A stretch of DNA of 64,000 nucleotides from Candidatus Aenigmatarchaeota archaeon (lineage in GTDB: Archaea > Aenigmatarchaeota > Aenigmatarchaeia > CG10238-14 > SpSt-28), in assembly GCA_039000985.1 (NCBI GenBank), contig JAWBMD010000002.1, positions 33,578 to 97,577 on the forward strand. The letters run 5' to 3'. This document shows, piece after piece, positions 1-9,341 of the stretch (position 1 is the stretch's first letter; every line of letters begins with the position of its first letter). The notes under the pieces were generated by a model. It saw nothing but the letters and a program-made list of their open reading frames with translations. It did not search any database and was not told where the DNA came from. Both the position numbers and the translations under genes were made by a program.

Positions 1-3000
1 CAATTCTATAGCTTCCTGCTTCACAATCCCAGCTAAATATCTTATTTTCACCAGGGAGCAATTCTATTGGTAAGGATTCTAATGGCAATGAAACAGGTTT
101 TAGCTTGTAGACAATAAATTTGCTTGATATTAAAGTATCGTTTCCGGCATTGCTTGAATTAGCAAAAACAGTTACATTAGCTTCTCCATAGCTAGTGGCA
201 TTAACACGCCACCAAACTCTTTTATATTCACCAGGTGAAATACTTCCTAAATTCTTTGTTGGCTCATCAACTTCCCAACCTTGTGGAACAGTTATTGTAA
301 CATTAACATTCTCTGCAGTTGCAATCCATGATGTAATTGTTGCATTTATAGTAAAGTTTCTGTAAACAAAAACTTCTTTTGGGGTTAAGATTTCAAAAAC
401 ATCAACTTGAGGAACACAACCTGGCAATTGAATTGTTATTGTAAAGTTTTCACTAGCATTTGGTTTATAATTTGGTTCAGTTGAGTTAATTTCAGCTGCC
501 CAGAATTGGCTACCTTCATACCATCCTACACATGTTGTTACATTAAGCAAAAATCTTGCATAACCTTCTTCATCTGTATAATTGCTTCCTATTATTTTGT
601 AACCTCCTGGATAACCATTATATAATTTGAAAGTTACAAGAGCTGAAGGATTTGTTACATTATAAGTTTGTCTATCCAAATCATAAACTCTAACTACAAG
701 CCATTGAGGTTGAATATATATAATAACTGTAGTATTGTTTCCCTGACCACCATAGCTAATATTTACATCATCTTTTTCAACAGTTACAGATAAAACTTGA
801 GGAGTTTCAGCTCCATCCATCTTAAATTGATAATACCAAATTCCTTGTTGGCTTGCTGTAAAGTTCCTATACCAATATTTTGTTGAATTAATGCAATTAA
901 AACATTCTGTTGGAGTTTGGTTTAAGCAAGTTGGAGCATCACATTTAAAAATTGGTGGCCAAGCAGTATGCATATACAAGCTAACATTTAAAACATTTTC
1001 ACTATCTCCGCTACTAGCTTTAACTGAAAAGTTCCAGTTTGGATATCCCCATCCTTCTATTGTTGGAATTGCAGTTGGTTCTTCTAACTTTTTAACTGGA
1101 TGTAAGTAGAATAAGCCCGGAACTCCTAAGTTGGTAGTTATATTATCATAATGATAGCTTCTATTAGCAATCATAGTTGTATTATACCAGCCCATTGGAG
1201 TTGTTATATCTGTAACCCAATCACAAGTATAAGCATTAGCACCAACTTGGCTTACTGGAGAGCATTCAAAGCTTTGCTCACTTTTATTTGCAAAGTATCT
1301 TACTGTTGTTGTTAATGGATCGCCACAATCGTCAGTAGTAGCTCCTAAGAAAGGAACTTCTTGTTCTTGCGTATAATTAGTTGAGCCATCTGGCTTTGAA
1401 AATTGTAGAATAATATCTCCAGTAACCAAAACTGAAAGATTGTAATAGCTTTCAGTAGAATTATCTTGATAACAAGCTTGTCCAGAAACAACAGCTTTCC
1501 ATTTTTGATTTCCTACATTATATTTTGGTGAACATTTTGCTTGGAAGTAATAATTAGCATAAGCAGAAGAATTTGTTGTATTACTTGTACCAGAATCATA
1601 AATTGAGCCATCTAAAGTTACATAAAATGTAATTGGCAAATTTGTAATTAAAGTGTTGTTTTTATCTCTAACTCTTAATGCAAGCAAAGTTGTTGTCTTT
1701 CCTCTCCTATTTTCAGTATTATTTCCAATTATATCTTCAAATATCACTTTATCTTTTGTTATTGTGAATGTTGTTGAAGTTGAGTTTGTTGTTCCTGCAT
1801 TGTTTGTTGCGTTGAATTTTGCAAATACAGGCGAACCTATATCTTCACAATCAGCATCAAATGTGAATGTGAAATTTCTCCATGGTCCTGTAGATGAACC
1901 AGGAGCAGGATAGCTATCACAACCAACTAATTTCCAAGGTTCACTACCAGTTTTACTAAAGTAGGAACAAATAATTACACCATTATTCGAATTTCTCACT
2001 CTCACACTTATGTTAAAAGTAAAGTTGAAACCCCATGAGCCAGTTGAAGTCCCAGTTTCGTCAGAAATTATTAGCGGATTTTCCATTTCAATTATCGCAG
2101 GTGGTGCATTTAAAGTTACATCTTTGCATGCCACAACTTTAGTAGAATTTTCTGTCGCGTTTGCTTTTATACAAAATCTTATTGTTCCTGGAGATACACC
2201 GCTTGTATTAACGATGTAAGTATAATCAACATGAGCAACTTTAGATTGTTTTGGTCCAATTGTTTTGAAGTAAGTTAAGTTGCTAATTTGTTGTGTAAAG
2301 TTTTTAATTACAAGATTTTCTAAGCCTGAAATTGGAGTTGTGTTTGTATAGTTAATTTCAATTATTACATTGGTTGCATTTCCAGGGCCATTGTTGTAAA
2401 TTGTTGAGGAAATGTTGAAAATATCACCAGCAAAAATTGGTGGGTTAGTTATTTCTCCTTTTTTAGTTGTGGGTTCGCTAACGCTTAAAGAAGCACCACA
2501 AGCTATGAAAATTGTGTAATTTTCATCGTAAAATGTTAAGCTTGCATTTTTTGGTTGAGCAAAGAAAGTGAAAGTTCCATTTGTTTGGTAAGGAATTGAA
2601 ATTAGATAGGAATAATTTTTTGCATTATCTTTTCCTGTAACACCAAAATTTATACTACCACCCCAATTAATTAATCTAGATTGAATGTAATAGGTTGGTG
2701 TTGGATTAAAATAAGAAAATTGCAAATCACCTGGATGAGTTACAGAAACATTTTCTTTATTTTCAGTTACATTGAAATTCATTGCAGGTAAATTACCTTT
2801 GTTAAAAACTTGTAACTTAGTTGAAAAATTACCACATGCAAAAAATGATGGAAAATCTAACTGTTCATCTACTGAAGTAGTATTGTAATATCTTACAGTT
2901 TTTAGAAATGGCGCTCGAATAGTTAAAACACTTCTATCTAAATGAAATATATAAGCTTTATTTATCCTTCCCCACCCAATATAGTTTGTTAATAGAACTT

Positions 3001-6000
3001 TACCCCCCGGTATTACTTTACCAGCTGAAACTACGTTTGTAATAAATTCAATATAATTTGCTTCACTTACACCTTGTGGCGATGAAGATGCACCAATTCG
3101 CATAACAGTACCGGTTGAATTTCTTATTCCTATCATTCTATATGGAGAGAATTTTACTATCCACCCTTCTTCTTCTGAACCCAAAGGATAACCCGGTTCT
3201 GGGTCAACTACCACGTTAGCGAGACCATTTAAATCAATTATTCTAAAATTAGTCGGTTTCGTAAAACCTGGAGGGATAAAAATCTCTACATAATGAATTA
3301 AAGCACCTCTAGTTGACTCAACTGTACCTGTATAATCTGTACCACCAAGTTTTTGTATTATTCTTAAAGGTAAATTTTGTCCAGGTAATACAGTAGTTTC
3401 ATTAAGTTTTGATGATATCGTTGGGTTTTTTATTGTAGTACTAGCTGAAGTTAATGATACATGTTTTTGTATAACCGATCTGATTTCTCCTGTAGATGGA
3501 TCTTTCCACTCTACGGTTAAATAAAAGGTTTCTTCTCCTACATCATCACTAGGCCTGTATGGTATCTCAGCTCGAAAACAGGAAGATGTATTTAAATTAA
3601 CGTTATACCACCTTAAAACTGTTCCACCAGATTCATTAACATTTGGTTGAGGAACAGCTGGAGTACTTTCAGTAGAAAAGTATCTAAGTAATCCTGTTGT
3701 TTGATCTGTAATATTTACTGTTAAATTATAATCTCCATAATTACAAACATAAATTACTCTTATATCTCTGAAGCAATAGTAGCTTCCAGCACAATATGTA
3801 GAATGATCTATATTGTTATCGCAGCTAGTGCCATAAGAGCTTTCACAGTTTGAACCAAGCATTCGAGGAGTGGAAGAAAATAGTACTATATCTGTAGATG
3901 ACTCCGAATCATCAGTATATACATCAAAACTTTTTTCATGAGTTACAAGAGAGGATCCTAAAGAAATGTTAACAACAACTTTATATTTTACAGCTTCTAT
4001 ATTGTCTGGAATAAAAACTGTAAATGTAACTATAGAAGTATTCCAATTTAGTGCATTTAAAGTTCTTGGTATATTTACCCTTTTTGTCTTACCTTCTACA
4101 ACGAACCAATCTACTTCTTGATTGCTTCTAGTATCCAAAATTTTTATTGAAACGTCAGCAGTTTTATCAAAACTTGTATTATAATTAGCTAAAGGTATCA
4201 CTATCTTTGCTAAATGACCCCTCAAAACTTTATCAGTAGGCTCACCCGTTGGAGAAAATATCTTTATTGGTCTTATTAAGTTTATATCATATGGATATTT
4301 ACAATCAATAAGATAAACATATAAAATATTCGTTTCGAACATAGGGCCAGTTGTTCTTGTTTTTGGTAAAACTCTTATTTTATTTAAACCTAAAGGTGCA
4401 GATGGGGTAATAGTAATATTCCAAACTAAATAGCCATCCCACTCACACTTATCACCATTTGCTGTCGTTGGATTTCTCGTACATGTATCGCCAGTTCCAA
4501 TGCCACTTTGAGAAGTATGAGGATTAGTTTCTCCCGGAAATAGTTTCCAGCCATTTGTTCCTGAGCTTGTTATGGGTTGCCATGTTGGTGTTGCTACTTG
4601 AAGCTCCCAATCTTGTAAAATTCCAGCATCATCATCTGCTTCATCTGTTAGTACTAACCTTAGCGTATAATTCATATTATTTCTACACATAACGACTGCG
4701 TCTCTATAAATTTCAAAAGAATTATAGACTAAATGATGAACCGCATCCACAGCATATTGTAATGGATTTGTTTTGTAATATGGTAAAAATTTGAAGAAAT
4801 AATAAACAACATCAACAACTATAAAAGTCCATGGTTTTATTTCTTTAAATTCATAAGAATTGTTATAGAGAACATATATCGGACCAGCTAAATAAATTGC
4901 TGGCTTGACATCTGGGGTTGTAAAAGTATACCTAAGAACTTTTTCTTCACTTTCATTTAATTTGTTTAAATTCCAAATCAACCAAGTTTCGTTTTCTTTT
5001 TTTTCAATTCTTCCACCGTAAACAACAATTTCAAGAAAATCGTTTGGCAACTTTTCTATAATAGTTATGTTTTCTACATTAATATTAGATTTAACCTTTA
5101 TTTCAGCAAGATTTGGATGTCCTATATCTATTAAGGTTTTCATTTTTCTCTCTATTTCGAATTCTACAAAATTTCTAACTTCAAAAAAAGATTCATAGGT
5201 TGTGTTTAGATTTTGTCCAGTAGCAATTACTTTTATCGAATAGTTTCCTATCTCATCAGTTTGGTTATAGATTACAAACAAACTGCCATCTAACTCATCA
5301 TTAGCAAAATCGCCGTTATAACTATTATAAACCTTAATTTTTCCAGATGGTGATGTGACAACTAAATTGATTACAGCATCATAAGCTCTTTTTCCTTCCT
5401 CATTCAAAACACCAACAATTATTTTAACATCTTCTCCTGGCAAATAAATTGATTTTGGTGTATTAACAGTAACTAATCCAACTCCAAATTCTGTTTCTTC
5501 CTCTTCTAAGACTTCAACAACTTTTTCCAAAACTTTAAATGGTGTTCTTCCTTTTTCCACAAACTTTTCTTCAATTGTTTTGACTTTCAACTTATACAAA
5601 CCTGGTCTAAAACTTCTTCCAAAATCTAAATCAACAAAATATTTACCATCTTTTTCATAAAAATCAACCTCTTTTTCACTTCCTTCAAGATCTATCAAAT
5701 AAACCTTTACTTCATTATTTTCACTTAACTCTTCTTCTAATTCTATTTCAAATGTAGCTCTTTCTCCTAATCCATAGTTAAACTTTTCCTGTTTAATCTT
5801 TGGTTTAAGTCTCAAATGCTTTAAAACATCAAAACCAAAGATTTTGCTTGTATTTCCAAATTCTGTTTCAGCAAAAATTTCTGCCGTATAAGTTCCAGAA
5901 TGTTTTGGCAAGAACTCAAAACTGAACAAAAAGCTACCATCAGTTGATGCTTTATCTTGAAATATTATTTCCCCTTTAGGGTCTTTTATTGCAACAGAAA

Positions 6001-7372
6001 CATTTGAACTTGTTATGCTTTCATTTAAACTAACATTTCCATAAATTTTAACATTTTTCCAGATTCTCTTTTCTTTTGTAACATTTTCAACATAAACAAA
6101 AGCATTTATAGCTATGTTTTTTTGTTCACATTTAACTAAAATATCAAAGCTTTTAAAATCTTTGCTTTCATTTGCTTCTGCAGTAATGTTTAAGGTATAA
6201 TTTCCACATTTGTTTGCTTTTAATAACCAAGATACATTAAAGCTTTCATTTTCTCCAACTTGAGCTAAATTTTTTTGCAAGCTTTCAACTATAAATTCTG
6301 GTGGAGCTTGCAAGCTAGTAGTAACATTAAAAGAAGTAATAAAAGCTTTTACTTCAAATTCTTGCAAAATATTAACAAATAAAGGATGTTCAATTTTTTC
6401 TATCTTGATTTCAGGTTTAACTTGAGCAATATTTTCCAAAGCGCTACTTTCATTTTGGGTAATGTTAATTATTCCAATTTCAGTTTCATTCCAATTTCCT
6501 GCTAAATCAAAAGCATAGAATTTAAAAGCTATTGTTCCACTCGAATTTACTATTTTAGTAATATTGCTCCAACCTTCTAAAACATTAAGATTGGATGACC
6601 AAACAGCTTTACTACCACGCTTAACTAAAATAACATGACTCGGAACTGTTACATCATAAATTATCCCTTTATAGTTTTCCAAGCTTATTTTATTAACATA
6701 AATTGGCTTTAGATTTTCATCAAGAAAAGTTATACCATAGCCAGCTTTAGCAAGTTCATAAGCTTTTTCTATTTCAATGAACTTAAATTCATTTAAATCT
6801 ATACCAAACAAAAAGTCTTTAATTTTTTTAATGGGAGAATAATCAATTCTTGCAAAAACTTTATGATTTTTGGTAACATGAATATTAATTTCTCCATTTA
6901 TCTTGTAGATTTTATCGTTATAAGGAAGTGAAACTATTCTTAATGGCTTTTCCCATTTTATTTTGTTATTAGAAAGGACGGCAACTTCATCATCATAGCT
7001 TAAATCTTTAAAATATTTCCATCCATTTTTTGTTAAAACTTTTGTGTATTCATCATAGCTTGAAATAAAACTATAGCTTTCATTTTCCCAATAGCCAGAA
7101 GCATTCCAACTAAAAATCCACTTATCTAAGCCAAAATCATCTTGCCAAAATGAAAAAAATTCTATTGTATTTCCAAAAGCTTTACTACCAAAATCAAGAT
7201 AAATTGGAGGTAAAATATCAGTAGGTGGAGCAATAAAGCTAGATTCGTTGAAAGTTATATTTTCACTTTCATTTAGAGTTATATTAGCAGCTGCTATTAT
7301 GGATACTATGAAAGCTAAAGAAATTATTGAAAATAATAATTCTGCTTGGCTTGTTATTGATTTCACTCCCAC
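1..7372 (-). CDS. Giant NxS/T-sequon-rich surface protein, N-terminal >2,450 codons (3' end lies beyond the left window edge)
   Basis: Absent from the supplied ORF track. Hand translation of the minus strand from GTG at 7372 gives VGVKSITSQAELLFSIISLAFIVSIIAAANITLNESENITFNESS..., a signal-anchor helix followed by a sequon-rich ectodomain. An in-frame TAA sits at 7390-7388, and an alternative GTG lies at 7366. The same frame is still open at positions 70-2 (...PIELLPGENKIFSWDCEAGSYRI). The track lists no Met-initiated minus-strand ORF with a stop anywhere in 1-7409, as expected if one frame stays open to the edge. Confidence 0.8.
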   Translation of the reverse strand, partial: MGVKSITSQAELLFSIISLAFIVSIIAAANITLNESENITFNESSFIAPPTDILPPIYLDFGSKAFGNTIEFFSFWQDDFGLDKWIFSWNASGYWENESYSFISSYDEYTKVLTKNGWKYFKDLSYDDEVAVLSNNKIKWEKPLRIVSLPYNDKIYKINGEINIHVTKNHKVFARIDYSPIKKIKDFLFGIDLNEFKFIEIEKAYELAKAGYGITFLDENLKPIYVNKISLENYKGIIYDVTVPSHVILVKRGSKAVWSSNLNVLEGWSNITKIVNSSGTIAFKFYAFDLAGNWNETEIGIINITQNESSALENIAQVKPEIKIEKIEHPLFVNILQEFEVKAFITSFNVTTSLQAPPEFIVESLQKNLAQVGENESFNVSWLLKANKCGNYTLNITAEANESKDFKSFDILVKCEQKNIAINAFVYVENVTKEKRIWKNVKIYGNVSLNESITSSNVSVAIKDPKGEIIFQDKASTDGSFLFSFEFLPKHSGTYTAEIFAETEFGNTSKIFGFDVLKHLRLKPKIKQEKFNYGLGERATFEIELEEELSENNEVKVYLIDLEGSEKEVDFYEKDGKYFVDLDFGRSFRPGLYKLKVKTIEEKFVEKGRTPFKVLEKVVEVLEEEETEFGVGLVTVNTPKSIYLPGEDVKIIVGVLNEEGKRAYDAVINLVVTSPSGKIKVYNSYNGDFANDELDGSLFVIYNQTDEIGNYSIKVIATGQNLNTTYESFFEVRNFVEFEIERKMKTLIDIGHPNLAEIKVKSNINVENITIIEKLPNDFLEIVVYGGRIEKKENETWLIWNLNKLNESEEKVLRYTFTTPDVKPAIYLAGPIYVLYNNSYEFKEIKPWTFIVVDVVYYFFKFLPYYKTNPLQYAVDAVHHLVYNSFEIYRDAVVMCRNNMNYTLRLVLTDEADDDAGILQDWELQVATPTWQPITSSGTNGWKLFPGETNPHTSQSGIGTGDTCTRNPTTANGDKCEWDGYLVWNITITPSAPLGLNKIRVLPKTRTTGPMFETNILYVYLIDCKYPYDINLIRPIKIFSPTGEPTDKVLRGHLAKIVIPLANYNTSFDKTADVSIKILDTRSNQEVDWFVVEGKTKRVNIPRTLNALNWNTSIVTFTVFIPDNIEAVKYKVVVNISLGSSLVTHEKSFDVYTDDSESSTDIVLFSSTPRMLGSNCESSYGTSCDNNIDHSTYCAGSYYCFRDIRVIYVCNYGDYNLTVNITDQTTGLLRYFSTESTPAVPQPNVNESGGTVLRWYNVNLNTSSCFRAEIPYRPSDDVGEETFYLTVEWKDPSTGEIRSVIQKHVSLTSASTTIKNPTISSKLNETTVLPGQNLPLRIIQKLGGTDYTGTVESTRGALIHYVEIFIPPGFTKPTNFRIIDLNGLANVVVDPEPGYPLGSEEEGWIVKFSPYRMIGIRNSTGTVMRIGASSSPQGVSEANYIEFITNVVSAGKVIPGGKVLLTNYIGWGRINKAYIFHLDRSVLTIRAPFLKTVRYYNTTSVDEQLDFPSFFACGNFSTKLQVFNKGNLPAMNFNVTENKENVSVTHPGDLQFSYFNPTPTYYIQSRLINWGGSINFGVTGKDNAKNYSYLISIPYQTNGTFTFFAQPKNASLTFYDENYTIFIACGASLSVSEPTTKKGEITNPPIFAGDIFNISSTIYNNGPGNATNVIIEINYTNTTPISGLENLVIKNFTQQISNLTYFKTIGPKQSKVAHVDYTYIVNTSGVSPGTIRFCIKANATENSTKVVACKDVTLNAPPAIIEMENPLIISDETGTSTGSWGFNFTFNISVRVRNSNNGVIICSYFSKTGSEPWKLVGCDSYPAPGSSTGPWRNFTFTFDADCEDIGSPVFAKFNATNNAGTTNSTSTTFTITKDKVIFEDIIGNNTENRRGKTTTLLALRVRDKNNTLITNLPITFYVTLDGSIYDSGTSNTTNSSAYANYYFQAKCSPKYNVGNQKWKAVVSGQACYQDNSTESYYNLSVLVTGDIILQFSKPDGSTNYTQEQEVPFLGATTDDCGDPLTTTVRYFANKSEQSFECSPVSQVGANAYTCDWVTDITTPMGWYNTTMIANRSYHYDNITTNLGVPGLFYLHPVKKLEEPTAIPTIEGWGYPNWNFSVKASSGDSENVLNVSLYMHTAWPPIFKCDAPTCLNQTPTECFNCINSTKYWYRNFTASQQGIWYYQFKMDGAETPQVLSVTVEKDDVNISYGGQGNNTTVIIYIQPQWLVVRVYDLDRQTYNVTNPSALVTFKLYNGYPGGYKIIGSNYTDEEGYARFLLNVTTCVGWYEGSQFWAAEINSTEPNYKPNASENFTITIQLPGCVPQVDVFEILTPKEVFVYRNFTINATITSWIATAENVNVTITVPQGWEVDEPTKNLGSISPGEYKRVWWRVNATSYGEANVTVFANSSNAGNDTLISSKFIVYKLKPVSLPLESLPIELLPGENKIFSWDCEAGSYRI
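6590..7060 (-). other. Hint (intein-like / BIL-like) autoprocessing domain embedded in the giant surface protein (~157 aa)
   Basis: Hand translation gives S-YDEYTKVLTKNGWKYFKDLSYDDEVAVL (intein block A-like), then EINIHVTKNHKVFA (block B, TxxH), then YKGIIYDVTVPSHVILVKRGSKAVWSSN (block F/G-like, terminal Asn). The next residue is Leu, which is not Cys, Ser or Thr. The domain has no endonuclease insert. Confidence 0.6.
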
Positions 7373-7409
7373 GATTTCTAAATAATATTATTTTTTATGC
7401 AAAATATAT

Positions 7410-8183
7410 TTAGTAGAAAATTTTTTTAATTCTGGAAAAAATTTTTTGTATAAGCTTTTCTTCCTTGTATTTTTCCCCAACTATAAAAGCAGAAAGCTTT
7501 AATATTTCTTTTACTGATTTAGAATTTTTATGCAATGAAGCTAAAGGTATTAAAAAATATGAGCTTCTTCTCATGTTTTTATCAAATGGTATTTTTGCTA
7601 TTATTGGCAACTCTGTAATTTGTTCTATTTCTCTATCATTCATTTCAAATCTATCATTAAAAACCATGTTTAAAACAATTCCAAGAGGTTTTATGGTTGT
7701 ATATCTTATTTCTTGATAAGCCCTAACAATATCCATTACAGACGGCAAATATGGTTGTGTAACAAATATTACTTCATCAGAAAATTTCAAGCTTGCTAAT
7801 GATTCTCTCCCTAAGCCAGGAGCTGAGTCTAAAATTACTATATCGTTTTGTTCCCTCATTTTACTTAAAACTTCACCCAAGCTTATTATATCAACCCCAA
7901 CCATATCGCTTACTGAATTTGATGCAGGTATTATTTTTAAATTTTGTGAATACATATGTGTGGCTTCTTTTATACTTGCTTCTCCTCTTAAAATTCTATT
8001 TAAGGTTACTGGGGAGTAATAAATTCCTAAATATAAGCCTAAATGAGAAGTTGTTATGTTACAATCAACTATTGTTACACTTTTTTTAAAAATTTCTGCT
8101 AAAATCCAGCCAATGTTTATAGCTAATGTAGTTTTCCCAACACCTCCTTTACCAGATGATATATTTATTACTCTACAATTCAC
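7410..8183 (-). CDS. MinD/ParA-family P-loop ATPase
   Basis: Deviant Walker A SSGKGGVGKTT near the N-terminus; 257 aa, typical MinD/ParA length. Lies directly upstream of and co-directional with the giant surface-protein gene. Confidence 0.85.
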   Translation of the reverse strand: MNCRVINISSGKGGVGKTTLAINIGWILAEIFKKSVTIVDCNITTSHLGLYLGIYYSPVTLNRILRGEASIKEATHMYSQNLKIIPASNSVSDMVGVDIISLGEVLSKMREQNDIVILDSAPGLGRESLASLKFSDEVIFVTQPYLPSVMDIVRAYQEIRYTTIKPLGIVLNMVFNDRFEMNDREIEQITELPIIAKIPFDKNMRRSSYFLIPLASLHKNSKSVKEILKLSAFIVGEKYKEEKLIQKIFSRIKKIFY

Positions 8184-8219
8184 AAATATTTTTTAACCAA
8201 AAAGTATAAATATACATTT

Positions 8220-9341
8220 ATGATTGAGATAGCACTATTTGGTAAACCAAATGCTGGTAAAAGTAGCTTTTTCAAAGCTGCTACAATGATTGATGTAAAA
8301 ATATCTCCAATACCATTTACAACAATAGAGCCAAATAAAGGAGCTACATATGTTTCAACTAATTGTGTTTGTAAAGAATTTAATGTTAAATGCAATCCAA
8401 GAAATGGTTTTTGTTTAAATGGCACTAGATTTATACCAATATTGCTTTGGGATATTGCTGGTCTAGTAAAAGGGGCATCTGAAGGAAGAGGAATGGGGAA
8501 TAAATTTTTGGATGATGTTAGAAAGGCGGAAGCTTTAATACATGTTGTTGATTTTAGTGGAACAACAGATGAAAATGGGAATTTTACAGATGGTTATAAT
8601 CCAGAAAATGACATAATTAACCTTGAAAATGAGATTGATAAATGGTTTATTGATGTTGTTAAAAGAAATGTTCAAAAAGTTAAAGATGCAAATGTAGAAA
8701 AAATTCATTCCTTGCTAAGTGGTTTAGAAGTTGATTTTAAAGATGTTGAATATTGCTTTAAAAAATTTGGATTAAAAGATTTGGAAAGCTTTGCTATTAA
8801 TCTTAGAAAAATTTCAAAGCCAATTGTAATAGCTGCTAACAAAATGGATTTAGAAAGCTCCCAAGCAAATTTCGAGCTATTAAAAGAAAAATATAATTTA
8901 ATTCCAACTTCTTGTGAATATGAGATAGCTTTAAAATTAGCTTCAAAAATCAATTTAATAAATTACTTGCCAGGGAATTCGTTTGAAATAATTGGTAAGC
9001 CAAATGAAAAGCAAAAAGAAGCTTTGGATAAAATAAAAAAATTTATAGAAAAGTTTGGCTCTACTGGAGTTCAAAAAGTTTTGGATTACACAATATTCAA
9101 TGTTTTGAACTATATAGTTGTTTATCCAGTAGCTAATGAAAACACTTTAACAGATTCCGAAAATAGAGTATTGCCAGATGCATTTTTAGTTAAAAAAGGA
9201 TCAACAGCATTAGACCTTGCTTATAAAATACATACTGAAATAGGAAAAGCTTTTAAAGGAGCAATAAATGTTAGAAATGGTATGAGAGTTGGTAAAGATT
9301 ATGTTTTAAATAATAATGATGTTATAAAAATTTTAGTATGA
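8220..9341 (+). CDS. Obg/YchF-family GTPase with C-terminal TGS domain
   Basis: G1 GKPNAGKSS, G2 FTT, G3 DIAGL and G4 NKMD motifs. The C-terminal segment (LVKKGSTALDLAYKIHTEIGKAF...VGKDYVLNNNDVIKI) looks TGS-like. Confidence 0.8.
   Translation: MIEIALFGKPNAGKSSFFKAATMIDVKISPIPFTTIEPNKGATYVSTNCVCKEFNVKCNPRNGFCLNGTRFIPILLWDIAGLVKGASEGRGMGNKFLDDVRKAEALIHVVDFSGTTDENGNFTDGYNPENDIINLENEIDKWFIDVVKRNVQKVKDANVEKIHSLLSGLEVDFKDVEYCFKKFGLKDLESFAINLRKISKPIVIAANKMDLESSQANFELLKEKYNLIPTSCEYEIALKLASKINLINYLPGNSFEIIGKPNEKQKEALDKIKKFIEKFGSTGVQKVLDYTIFNVLNYIVVYPVANENTLTDSENRVLPDAFLVKKGSTALDLAYKIHTEIGKAFKGAINVRNGMRVGKDYVLNNNDVIKILV

Noticed and set aside
891-2219. Short + strand ORFs 891-1109, 1653-1913 and 2010-2219, with similar ones antisense to the second giant gene (28591-28794, 29290-29481, 30451-30765, 31297-31560)
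   Set aside because: They are antisense to long, motif-rich minus-strand frames, have no motifs, and are typical shadow ORFs.
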